Shown in pieces: positions 19,815 through 28,580 of a DNA stretch of 64,000 nucleotides (positions are counted from its first letter, which is position 1; each line of letters starts with the position of its first letter). A model generated the notes under the pieces. It saw only the letters and a program-made list of their open reading frames with translations, had not been told where the DNA came from and did not search any database. The position numbers were made by a program, and so were the translations under genes. The DNA comes from Cyanophyceae cyanobacterium (GTDB taxonomy: Bacteria > Cyanobacteriota > Cyanobacteriia > Cyanobacteriales > Laspinemataceae), in contig JBBQFN010000001.1 in NCBI GenBank assembly GCA_038321985.1, positions 1 to 64,000 on the forward strand, read 5' to 3'.

Positions 19815-21830
19815 CTATTTGATTTTTAATTCGGCGACTACGCGCAGGACTTCTGCAACAGTCCAAGCTTGAGCGATCGCCCCGTTGGGTGTCATCGGCG
19901 CATCCCCGTCAAAAATCTCGCTGAGATTGCCAATACAGGCTTCTAACAGATGATTGGCAAGGGGTGCAAGGAAAGTGCGAGCGGTTTTTTTATCCTTCGT
20001 GACCCGCAGATAGGCCGAAATATAAGGTCCGATCAACCATCCCCAGACGGTTCCCTGATGGTAAGCGCCATCGCGCTCAACAGGTGTCCCGCCATAATGT
20101 CCGATGTAATTGGGCTCCGTAGCAGCCAGACTCCGCAATCCGTAAGACGTCAGGAGCGATCGCCCACAAATCTCAACTACCGCTCGTTGTCGGCCCCGAG
20201 GTAACGGACTATAGGGTAAGGATACCGCAAAAATCTGATTTGGGCGCAAAGAGGAGTCATCTCCATCCGGAGTATCGATCACATCGTAACAATATCCCCT
20301 CTCTTCATTCCAAAAGCGAGAAAATCCAGCTAAGGTGCGATCGGCTAACTTCTGGTATTCCGCGTCTGAGGTTCCCAATTTCCCGGCAAACTCGGCCATG
20401 ATCCGTAAAGCATTGTACCATAAGGCATTGACCTCTACCGGCTTACCTTGCCTCGGAGTTACCACCCAATCTCCCACTTTGGCATCCATCCAAGTGAGTT
20501 GTACAGCCAGTTCCCCGGCATACAACAATCCATCCTCTTGATCCACGTGAATATTATATCGCGTTCCTTGTTGATGCCAGTGGATAATCTCGGTTAAAAC
20601 CGGCCATAATTCTTTTAGGAGTTTCCTATCTTTTGTAGCGCGATAGTAGGCCCGGATAGCCTGAAAGTACCACAGGGTCGCATCCACCGTATTGTAATCC
20701 GGGGTTTCTCCAGTGTCGGGAAACCGATTGGGCAACATTCCGCCATCAACGTACTGGGCAAAGGTTTGGAGGATGGATTTTCCTAAGTGCGGACGTCCGG
20801 TACAGAGGGTTAAACCGGGCAGGGCGATCGCCATATCTCGTCCCCAATCCCCAAACCACGGATATCCCGCAATAATCGTTTTCCCATCCGGGCGTTCCGG
20901 GTGAGGGCGATCGACAATAAAGCGATCTGCCGCCAAAATGAGCTGTTGTACCCACTCCGGCGCTTTTCGAGAAAGCTGATAGGAGTGAGCCTGTTTACCC
21001 TTTAATCCTTTCCCTTTGAGGGCGCGTTTGATTAATTGTTGATCAAACTGCCGCCGAGCATTTAAGGCAGTTTTCACGTCTAAACTGGCGCGAGAGTCGG
21101 TACTGGCAGCGATCGCCAGGGATTGTCCCGGTTGTAATTCCCCTTGAAATGTTCCCACCTGAAGCAAATCTTCCAAGCAGTCACCCCCGCGAGTGGCTTC
21201 CACAGCCAAATCGAACCCATAATGCCACTGATGCGCCGGAGTTGCTTCGCCTCCCACAACATATAAATAGAGCGGAACCGCCCCGGGAAATGCAGTAATA
21301 CACAAACCCGAGGCGACTGCCTCCACCTCCATCGCCCGGTCATTGGCTTGGGTTGTATGGTGGCGATCGCGATAAGTAGCAAAGCCTTTGAGGGTTAACG
21401 TCATCGGCAAACTGGACCGGCGCAGGGTATAATAAATATAAGTAGTATTTTCCCCTTGCTGCATCCAAATCCGCTTTTCTAACAAAGCATCCCCAAACCC
21501 ATAACTCCACACCGGAATAGAACCTTCTAAATGAAAGCGTTCGAGAAGTTGATATCCCTCGGGTTCTACCGTTCCATCCGCCCATCGGTTCACAAACAAA
21601 GGATAGCGATCGCCGCTATAACTCACGGTTTCATCAACCTTAGAAAACATCAAAGTATGACCCAGGGGAGGACTGAGTGCAGCCATTAGTAACCCGTGAT
21701 ATCGCCGCGTCAGCAGTCCGGCAACGGTACCCGAAGCATAGCTACCTGTCCCATTCGTGACTAGCCATTCGCGAGATTCAGCCGTTGCTAACTCCCCACA
21801 AAGTTCTTTCCCCACTTCACTTGTGATCAT
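19815..21830 (-). CDS. Amylo-alpha-1,6-glucosidase (glycogen debranching enzyme family)
   Basis: REWLVTNG.GSYA, TRRYHGLL, IAGYPWFGDWGRD, QLTWMDAK, LRPNQ, AYHQGTVW, AQAWTVAE. Confidence 0.93.
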   Translation of the reverse strand: MITSEVGKELCGELATAESREWLVTNGTGSYASGTVAGLLTRRYHGLLMAALSPPLGHTLMFSKVDETVSYSGDRYPLFVNRWADGTVEPEGYQLLERFHLEGSIPVWSYGFGDALLEKRIWMQQGENTTYIYYTLRRSSLPMTLTLKGFATYRDRHHTTQANDRAMEVEAVASGLCITAFPGAVPLYLYVVGGEATPAHQWHYGFDLAVEATRGGDCLEDLLQVGTFQGELQPGQSLAIAASTDSRASLDVKTALNARRQFDQQLIKRALKGKGLKGKQAHSYQLSRKAPEWVQQLILAADRFIVDRPHPERPDGKTIIAGYPWFGDWGRDMAIALPGLTLCTGRPHLGKSILQTFAQYVDGGMLPNRFPDTGETPDYNTVDATLWYFQAIRAYYRATKDRKLLKELWPVLTEIIHWHQQGTRYNIHVDQEDGLLYAGELAVQLTWMDAKVGDWVVTPRQGKPVEVNALWYNALRIMAEFAGKLGTSDAEYQKLADRTLAGFSRFWNEERGYCYDVIDTPDGDDSSLRPNQIFAVSLPYSPLPRGRQRAVVEICGRSLLTSYGLRSLAATEPNYIGHYGGTPVERDGAYHQGTVWGWLIGPYISAYLRVTKDKKTARTFLAPLANHLLEACIGNLSEIFDGDAPMTPNGAIAQAWTVAEVLRVVAELKIK

Positions 21831-21900
21831 GCTTTTTTCTGTTTTCTTAGATTAAATTGAGTTATGAACACAGGGTAGGCTTTGCCCACCTCACTTTGCA

Positions 21901-22362
21901 TCATCCTTCAGCCGACACCGGGTTAGATACTGCGTCGGATTTAGGGAAAAACTTTTCCGTGACTCCAGCGGTGACAATATGAGATAATAATCCCATCGGA
22001 CCGGCAAACAAGCATAATAGCAAGGAGTGAGCAGTCCAAACCCCGGTACGCTGCCCTTGCCAATATATCCAGCGCCCCACAAACAAATCCATGACTAAAT
22101 AATGAACCCAGCCCGTGGCTGCGGCACCTTCATTGCCAAAAAACCGGGCAATATCAGCCAGAGTGGGATTAGACATGGCTTGAGCCGTTTCTGCATCCAC
22201 TTGGCTAAAAAATAAATAAATATACAATACCGCTAGGGGTACAAAGGGAAGATAGGATTCCATCACCTTTCGGGTGACCCCCCAATTCGGTAAGACAATC
22301 ATCAGCACCCAGAATGGCAACACAAAAATGTTACCGGCATTAAACACGAGTTCGAGGTTCAT
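21901..22362 (-). CDS. ABA4-like (DUF4281) membrane protein
   Basis: VLPFWVLMIVLPNW, GWVHYLVMDLFVGRWIY, LFAGPMGLLSH. Confidence 0.85.
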   Translation of the reverse strand: MNLELVFNAGNIFVLPFWVLMIVLPNWGVTRKVMESYLPFVPLAVLYIYLFFSQVDAETAQAMSNPTLADIARFFGNEGAAATGWVHYLVMDLFVGRWIYWQGQRTGVWTAHSLLLCLFAGPMGLLSHIVTAGVTEKFFPKSDAVSNPVSAEG

Positions 22363-22412
22363 CGTTAGGGTTTTTCCGCAATTTAACAAAATGTTACAAT
22401 AAAAGGGCTTGG

Positions 22413-22444
22413 GTAGAGGCAATCTGTTGGCGGATTGCCTCTAC
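22413..22444. repeat. GTAG-type REP-like inverted repeat
   Basis: GTAGAGGCAATC-8 nt-GATTGCCTCTAC; an extra half copy GTAGAGGCAA at 22460. Confidence 0.75.
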
Positions 22445-22532
22445 GCACCGGGTCAGTGAGTAGAGGCAACCAATGCTAAGATAAACGAAAACCGCCGATT
22501 AACAGTCCCTATCCCATTTCCGGAGAAATCTA

Positions 22533-22628
22533 ATGACTGTACATGATTTATTAATGCTCGTGCTGTTACTCTCCCCAGGTCTAGCACTTTCAGCTTTTGT
22601 GATGATTGCTTTTGCTGCTGGGGGTTGA
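22533..22628 (+). CDS. Candidate 31-aa single-pass membrane protein (not in ORF track)
   Basis: GGAGA Shine-Dalgarno 6 nt before ATG; MTVHDLLMLVLLLSPGLALSAFVMIAFAAGG. Confidence 0.6.
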   Translation: MTVHDLLMLVLLLSPGLALSAFVMIAFAAGG

Positions 22629-23060
22629 TATCGGGGGAACTGGATAGAGACGCCGTTGATTGCGTCTCTATTTTTTCTTTTTTTTAGCGGTTCTGACTCA
22701 CTGGGAAATCCTCCGCCTTCATTTTTTTCACAACTCACCCTACAGGTCACGATTCACCCCCAAAGCCGGTTTAAAATGGCGATTGATACCGGGGCGATCG
22801 CGGATTATCCGGTTACTTCACAGCAGTTTGGTATCCTGAGTTACACTTTTTGAATGAAGCCCTCGCTAACAGCGAAGAATAGAGCCTTTTCAGGGTGCAG
22901 CCTGCTCTTACCTCCCCGGAAAAACTGGAAAGCTAGGGGGCTAAAACCCTTATAGAGAATAGATTTATCACCGCACCCCTATTGAAGTTACTTAACTGGA
23001 ATTAGGGAATGTTAAATTTTGTAAAACGCTATTTTAGGGGTTTCTATTTTGGCTAAACCA

Positions 23061-23188
23061 TGCTAAAATTTCTGTCGAGAGTGAATTCGGTAGTAGCGTT
23101 TGTTTCTAGTATTGAGTAGGTATTTCCCTTTTCGTATTGGCAGCTTCTCTCCGAAATCTCAAATTCTACACCTCGTGAATTTTGGAGA
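23061..23188 (+). promoter_or_regulatory. rbp promoter and conserved 5' UTR boxes of cold-inducible rbp genes
   Basis: Extended -10 TGCTAAAAT; TTCGG (23086), TTTGTTTCTAGT (23099), TCTCCGAA (23148, complementary to TTCGG), TTTTGGAGA RBS. Confidence 0.75.
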
Positions 23189-23194
23189 CATCCC

Positions 23195-23512
23195 ATGTCT
23201 ATTTATGTAGGCAACCTTTCTTACGAAGTAAACCAAGAAGACTTGAGTGCTGTTTTTGCCGAATACGGTTCGGTTCAGCGCGTTCATCTCCCCACAGACC
23301 GCGAAACAGGCCGTCCTCGCGGCTTTGCCTTCGTGGAAATGAAGACGGAGAGTGAAGAAGCGGCGGCAATTGAAGCTCTTGATGGGGCTGAATGGATGGG
23401 TCGCGATCTGAAAGTCAACAAAGCGAAGCCTCGCGAAAGCGGGGGTTCCTTTGGTGGTGGTGGCGGCGGCGGTGGTCGTCGTAACAACAATTTTTCTTCT
23501 CGTCGGGACTAA
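23195..23512 (+). CDS. rbp: RRM RNA-binding protein with Gly-rich tail (Rbp family)
   Basis: RNP2 IYVGNL, RNP1 [28 protein letters not shown], poly-Gly. Confidence 0.97.
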   Translation: MSIYVGNLSYEVNQEDLSAVFAEYGSVQRVHLPTDRETGRPRGFAFVEMKTESEEAAAIEALDGAEWMGRDLKVNKAKPRESGGSFGGGGGGGGRRNNNFSSRRD

Positions 23513-23560
23513 ATAGAGGCGATCGCCCAATGCAGCAATTCCCAACTTGAATTGCATCTA

Positions 23561-23596
23561 AAAAGGCTTAGGCAATTCTTCCTGCCTAAGCCTTTT
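23561..23596. terminator. Bidirectional intrinsic terminator
   Basis: AAAAGGCTTAGGCA-8 nt-TGCCTAAGCCTTTT. Confidence 0.85.
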
Positions 23597-23604
23597 CCTA
23601 GTTG

Positions 23605-23719
23605 TGAGGGTCATTTGTCTGCTGCATCTAAATCATTTTGAGAGAGATATAGCAAGGGGGAACGCCCTGGGAGGTTCTTGAGGTTAGATCCCAAGTCGAA
23701 TTCATTGAGGGTCATTTGT
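23605..23719. repeat. 14-bp perfect direct repeat, 101-bp period
   Basis: TGAGGGTCATTTGT at 23605-23618 and 23706-23719. Confidence 0.85.
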
Positions 23720-23883
23720 ATAAGTGTTATCTTTTAGTAAGTATTACGGAAAATTTGGTAATAATTTGCAATAAGAAAGGTCAAGAAAGCGTTGTGAAGG
23801 CCCCCGAAAATCGCGGCTGATTTCTAGGGGAAAACTCAGTCTGATTGAGCTCAAGAAATCAGCCCCGAAAAAAGCCGGTTGAG

Positions 23884-24288
23884 TTAGGGCTTTTCAGCAG
23901 CGATCGCCAATTTGGCCCCCTCAATGCGACGCACCCGATCCATTACTTCCACTACTTGTCCATGTTCAACGGCTTTATCGGCTTTTAACACCACTATGGA
24001 AACAGGTTCTGCCTTCAGGCGATCGCGTACTGCTTGCTCTAAATCTGCCAGGGCGATCGCCTTTTCATCCAGCATTAATAATCCCTCAGCATCAATAGAA
24101 ATTGTTAGTTTCACTGTCTCTGTTTGCACTGCCGCTGTCGATGCCTGGGGCAAATTCACCGGCAATCCTTCGGATTTGGATAAAAACATCGAAGAAATGA
24201 TAAAAAACGCCAAAATACTAAAAATGACGTCAATCATCGGGACAATATTAATTTGAGCTTCAGTTTCCGGTTCATCGGGTAGACGCAT
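23884..24288 (-). CDS. exbD: ExbD/TolR biopolymer transport protein
   Basis: INIVPMIDVIFSILAFFII, LPVNLP, LKADK; ATG at 24288 overlapping the exbB end. Confidence 0.93.
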   Translation of the reverse strand: MRLPDEPETEAQINIVPMIDVIFSILAFFIISSMFLSKSEGLPVNLPQASTAAVQTETVKLTISIDAEGLLMLDEKAIALADLEQAVRDRLKAEPVSIVVLKADKAVEHGQVVEVMDRVRRIEGAKLAIAAEKP

Positions 24289-24931
24289 ACTTTTGTTCTC
24301 CTCGGTCTCTTTCATAGCGATGACGATAGAGTAACTCAAGCTGCCCCCCAACTTCTTGAATTAACGCAATCTGTCGCACATAAAAACTGCGAAACGTATT
24401 GGCAAACAGCAGGGTAAAAATTGCCACCACTAATCCCATCACCGTAGAAACAAGGGCCTCGCTAATTCCCCCGGTCACCCCCGTGGTATTGCTCCCCCCC
24501 ACATCCCCGAGTTTTAGGGCTCCAAATGATTGCATCAAGCCTAAAATCGTTCCTAATAACCCCAATAACGGGGAGACATTAATAATCGTGTCAAACACGG
24601 CATTGAAGCGCTTGAGCAGAGGAATTTCCGCCTGGGCCGCACTTTCGAGGGCCAGTCGGAACTCTTCCGGATTGGGATCTTCTAACGCCAGTGCTTCTAA
24701 AAAAATTCGGGCCATTGGTAAATCCGCATTCAGTTGCAGCTTTTTCATCGCCACATCTGGCTCTTGGCGGTACAGTTGCAAGACTTCTCGGATCATTCTC
24801 CCTTGGCGGCGATTCACTCGAAACCAGAAAAATAAACGCTCTGCAATCAGAGCCAGTCCAAGGATTGAAGCAATCAAGAGCGGTATCGAAACTATCCCGC
24901 CCGCAGCCATTATCTTGATGAAATTATCCAT
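24272..24931 (-). CDS. exbB: MotA/TolQ/ExbB proton channel protein
   Basis: SPLLGLLGTILGLM, GISEALVSTVMGLVVAI. Confidence 0.93.
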   Translation of the reverse strand: MDNFIKIMAAGGIVSIPLLIASILGLALIAERLFFWFRVNRRQGRMIREVLQLYRQEPDVAMKKLQLNADLPMARIFLEALALEDPNPEEFRLALESAAQAEIPLLKRFNAVFDTIINVSPLLGLLGTILGLMQSFGALKLGDVGGSNTTGVTGGISEALVSTVMGLVVAIFTLLFANTFRSFYVRQIALIQEVGGQLELLYRHRYERDRGEQKYASTR

Positions 24932-24989
24932 TTAGTTCACATTCCTCGAACCCACAACAGAGACCCTGGGGGGTTCTGATGCTCTTATT

Positions 24990-25004
24990 TGATAAATATT
25001 CTCA
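24990..25004. promoter_or_regulatory. Fur box upstream of exbB
   Basis: TGATAAA-T-ATTCTCA, 12/14 match to the 7-1-7 TGATAAT-N-ATTATCA, ~60 bp upstream of exbB. Confidence 0.7.
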
Positions 25005-25284
25005 AAAAGCCTATATCAAATTTAGAGAGTTTGTCAATAGGGTTTGTAAAATTGAGGAAAAAGAAATCGACCAGGGTTCATATCAAGTCAGGGACAGGAG
25101 TTTGAAGCTATCGGAAGGTCCTTTCATCTGGTTTCCTAGGTTTAAATTTATTGCCACTTCAGCCCAGTTATTGCGCCTGACCTTCAGAAGTGCTTCCCCG
25201 GAAGCCTGCTCAAACCCCTCGGTCTATGCCAGAATAGAGCAGGCGATCGCCTCATTGAGCATCCATGTTCCTGGAGATTCTATC

Positions 25285-25995
25285 GTGCGGCCCGATTTAA
25301 AAGATCTACCCATCTCAAAAACTGAACTCAAACGCTTGAGTGGTCTTGATATCGAAGCGGTTAACCATTTTTCTATTCCCAGCCTCATCAGTTTAGATTC
25401 GGGACCCGATTCACCGGGTTTAATTCGGTATTTACCTTTTATGGTAGCTTTTGCGATCGGCTTAACTTATCCTGTCGCGATCGCCCTTTTAAATCTCACG
25501 TTTCCTGTCGAGTGGTTATTCCTCAGCGCTTACCTAGTTTTGGGATTGTTTCTCACAAAGCTCATTCAGTTTTTCTGGGTGAAAAAGCACGTCGGCGCAT
25601 CTCTCCCTGGATTGCTATATGAAGTGGAGCGATTTAATGATATAATTCGGGTGATTGATATTAACGATCGCCTCGAAGAAGTGGGAAATCCAGATGTTCA
25701 TTTGCGCGATCGAAAACAAGTTATCCAAGCCCTCCAATTAACCCAAGAAGATTTAATCCGCGCTTTAAGAACTGAACGCATCCTCCGCAAACATAAAACC
25801 TTTATCGCCCGCAATCCCGAAATTTTTGCCAACAATTTGACCGCTTTAGCCGCATTACAAGTCACCGACAAAGCCAGCGAACATGGACGCCTTCTCAATG
25901 AAGCCTTGCAGATTGCTTTAAGTGCTAACGAAGAAATCGGCAAATTATCCCGTAGACCCCCCTGTGATTCTTCGCCGAGTCCGGACTCCACCTGA
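25285..25995 (+). CDS. Hypothetical two-TM/coiled-coil protein (paralogue 1)
   Basis: GTG at 25285 with a GGAGA RBS aligns with the start of the next gene (RPDLKDLPISKTELKRLSG versus RRDLQGLEISKGELRRLSG). Confidence 0.75.
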   Translation: MRPDLKDLPISKTELKRLSGLDIEAVNHFSIPSLISLDSGPDSPGLIRYLPFMVAFAIGLTYPVAIALLNLTFPVEWLFLSAYLVLGLFLTKLIQFFWVKKHVGASLPGLLYEVERFNDIIRVIDINDRLEEVGNPDVHLRDRKQVIQALQLTQEDLIRALRTERILRKHKTFIARNPEIFANNLTALAALQVTDKASEHGRLLNEALQIALSANEEIGKLSRRPPCDSSPSPDST

Positions 25996-26132
25996 AAAAA
26001 ATTTCCCCCAGGGATCGAAACCAAATCCCAGGGGTTTGTTAAGATAGCCAGAAGCAAAAGGGTACTCTGAGCTAACAGCCCTTAGTGGGATGAGCCCGTG
26101 GCAATTCTTCTATCGATAAGGAGCATCAAACT

Positions 26133-26852
26133 GTGCGACGAGATTTACAAGGCTTAGAAATCAGCAAAGGAGAACTCAGACGCCTGAGTGGGGTGTCTGT
26201 CGATGAGTTAATTCGACCTTCGACGATGGAAAGTCCCAATAGAAGGTCGAGTTTTTTATATAAAGAAACTTTAGTTATTAGCTGTTTAACCATTATTTTA
26301 TTTGTGGCACTTTTAGCCCTTGGGGATTTAGTTGCTTGGGAAATTCGAGGAGTCCCCATCGATTTAGCTTTTAATAATGCGCCATCCTGGATTGTCCTGG
26401 GAACCCTGGCAAGCACCACCTGCGTCAGCGCGATCGCCACCCGGTTCTTATGGCTTAAAAATAACACCCGCAACGGCGATTCTCTCCTGGGTCTTCTCGA
26501 TGATGTCGAAAATTATAACGACTTAATTAAGGCGATCGAACTCAATGATTCCCTGGAAGATGTGGGAAATCCTGGGGTTCGATTGAGTAACCGAGACGAC
26601 ATCATCGATGCGTTAAAACTCACCCGCCAAGATTTAATTCGTGCCTTAAGAACCGAACGTATTTTAAGAGAAAATCGCCACTTTATCGAGCGAAATCCTG
26701 AACTGTTCGCCAATAATTTAAATGCGATCGAAGCCTTGCAAGTTAGCGATAAAGCTAGCGAACGGGGACGATTATTAAATGAAGCCTTGCAAATCGCTTT
26801 AAACACTCAAGGAGAACTCAGAAAACTGCAAGATAGACGGCATCATTATTAA
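26133..26852 (+). CDS. Hypothetical two-TM/coiled-coil protein (paralogue 2)
   Basis: AAGGAG RBS; shares DLIRALRTERILR and QV.DKASE.GRLLNEALQIAL with paralogue 1. Confidence 0.8.
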   Translation: MRRDLQGLEISKGELRRLSGVSVDELIRPSTMESPNRRSSFLYKETLVISCLTIILFVALLALGDLVAWEIRGVPIDLAFNNAPSWIVLGTLASTTCVSAIATRFLWLKNNTRNGDSLLGLLDDVENYNDLIKAIELNDSLEDVGNPGVRLSNRDDIIDALKLTRQDLIRALRTERILRENRHFIERNPELFANNLNAIEALQVSDKASERGRLLNEALQIALNTQGELRKLQDRRHHY

Positions 26853-27135
26853 AGGCTGATCAATACCGATAAGGATACTGCCACCCCTAAAATAGAACGG
26901 TTCGCTTTGGGGAAAAATTCGGCAATGCCGCATCCTTAGGCTGAAAATATCCTAAAATTTTTGAGGAAAATTCCTCAAGATATTCCCTTTTCAACCCGTC
27001 TGTCCCGGTTTGTTTGGACTGTTACCATGTTTTTTTGGGGCTGCTTTCTCCAAAAAATACAGCAAATAGGGGGGCGATCGCGATCGCCATTTCACCGAAG
27101 ATGAGAAAATGGCAACAACCGCGTCAATATTAACC

Positions 27136-28482
27136 ATGAACACTCAACCGAAAATTATCGTTCTTGATGACGATCCGACAGGTTCTCAAACCGTTCACAG
27201 TTGCCTGTTACTGACTCAGTGGGACGTCGAAACCTTACGCCTGGGGTTGCGCGAGGAGATACCCATCTTCTTCGTACTCACCAATACGCGATCGCTGACT
27301 CCGGATCAAGCGGATGCCACAACTCGGATAGTCTGCCAGAACCTCAAACAAGCGCTAGAGGCGGAAAATATCTCAGACTTCCTGGTTGTCAGTCGTTCCG
27401 ATTCCACCCTACGCGGACATTATCCTATCGAAACCGATGCGATCGCCGAACAACTGGGTCCCTTTGACGCACATTTTCTCGTTCCTGCCTTCTTTGAAGG
27501 GGGACGGATCACTAAAAATAGCACCCATTATCTCATCATTGATGGCATCCCCACCCCGGTTCATGAAACCGAATTTGCCAAAGATTCTGTCTTTGGATAT
27601 CAATACAGCTATCTCCCAGATTATGTGGAAGAAAAAACCAAGGGACGAATTCCGGCAACGGAAGTTGAGTGCTTTTTACTCGCTGATTTTCGGTCACCTG
27701 AAACCAGCAAAAACAATTCCCTACGAGAACGGTTAATGCAGTTATCCGGCAACCGTTGTTGTGCTGTGGATGCCGAAATTCAAGCGGATCTCGACTGCTT
27801 TGCTACAGAAGCGATCGCCGCTGCCAGTCAAGGGAAACGGTTTCTGTTTAGAAGTGCTGCCAGTCTTCTCACCTCCCTCGCTAATTTAGGACCGCAACCC
27901 GTTTTCCCTACCGACATGGGTCAATTTGTGCGGGACGCTAAACCTGGGGCAATTATTGTCGGTTCTCACGTTAAAAAAACCACCGAACAATTAGAACAAT
28001 TACTCTTAGAAACCTCCGTAACTGGCATTGAAATTGATGTTTCTCATTTACTAGAAGACTCAGCCACTCTACGGGAAACGTTATTAAAAACTATTCTCGC
28101 CGATGTCCATCAAGCACACCAGTCCGGCAAAACTCCAGTGGTTTACACCAGTCGCCAAGAATTGGCCTTTCCTGATGTCCAAACCCGGCTAAAATTTGGC
28201 GAAGAAGTTTCTAATTTGTTAATGGATGTAGTTCGCGGTTTACCCCAAGATATTGGATTTTTAATTAGCAAGGGAGGGATTACCTCCAATGATGTTTTAA
28301 GTAATGGATTGGCTTTAACTAGCGCCCGTCTCCTCGGCCAAATTATTGCGGGTTGTTCAATGGTACAGACGCCTAAAAATCATCCCTTATTTCCCAATTT
28401 ACCCGTAGTTTTATTTCCCGGTAATGTCGGGGATGCGGATGGATTAGTCACGGTTTATCATCGGCTGATTCAGGCAAAATAG
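27136..28482 (+). CDS. Four-carbon acid sugar kinase family protein (DUF1537/OtnK-like)
   Basis: VLDDDPTGSQTVH, RSDSTLRGHY, SKGGITS, FPGNVG. Confidence 0.88.
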   Translation: MNTQPKIIVLDDDPTGSQTVHSCLLLTQWDVETLRLGLREEIPIFFVLTNTRSLTPDQADATTRIVCQNLKQALEAENISDFLVVSRSDSTLRGHYPIETDAIAEQLGPFDAHFLVPAFFEGGRITKNSTHYLIIDGIPTPVHETEFAKDSVFGYQYSYLPDYVEEKTKGRIPATEVECFLLADFRSPETSKNNSLRERLMQLSGNRCCAVDAEIQADLDCFATEAIAAASQGKRFLFRSAASLLTSLANLGPQPVFPTDMGQFVRDAKPGAIIVGSHVKKTTEQLEQLLLETSVTGIEIDVSHLLEDSATLRETLLKTILADVHQAHQSGKTPVVYTSRQELAFPDVQTRLKFGEEVSNLLMDVVRGLPQDIGFLISKGGITSNDVLSNGLALTSARLLGQIIAGCSMVQTPKNHPLFPNLPVVLFPGNVGDADGLVTVYHRLIQAK

Positions 28483-28580
28483 ATACAGAACATGGCTAAT
28501 GCTGCCGGGATGGCAAGAGTCCCGGCGGTTAATACCATGAGAGTTTTTCCTTCAATTATACTCTTTTATTCAGTGATTCT

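Noticed and set aside
23611..23715. 34-aa minus-strand ORF running from one 14-bp repeat to the next
   Set aside because: Start and stop both arise from the ATGA inside the repeat; no RBS.
24979..25284. N-terminal 102 codons of the 338-aa ORF
   Set aside because: Overlaps the exbB promoter and Fur box; paralogue alignment and RBS favour GTG at 25285.
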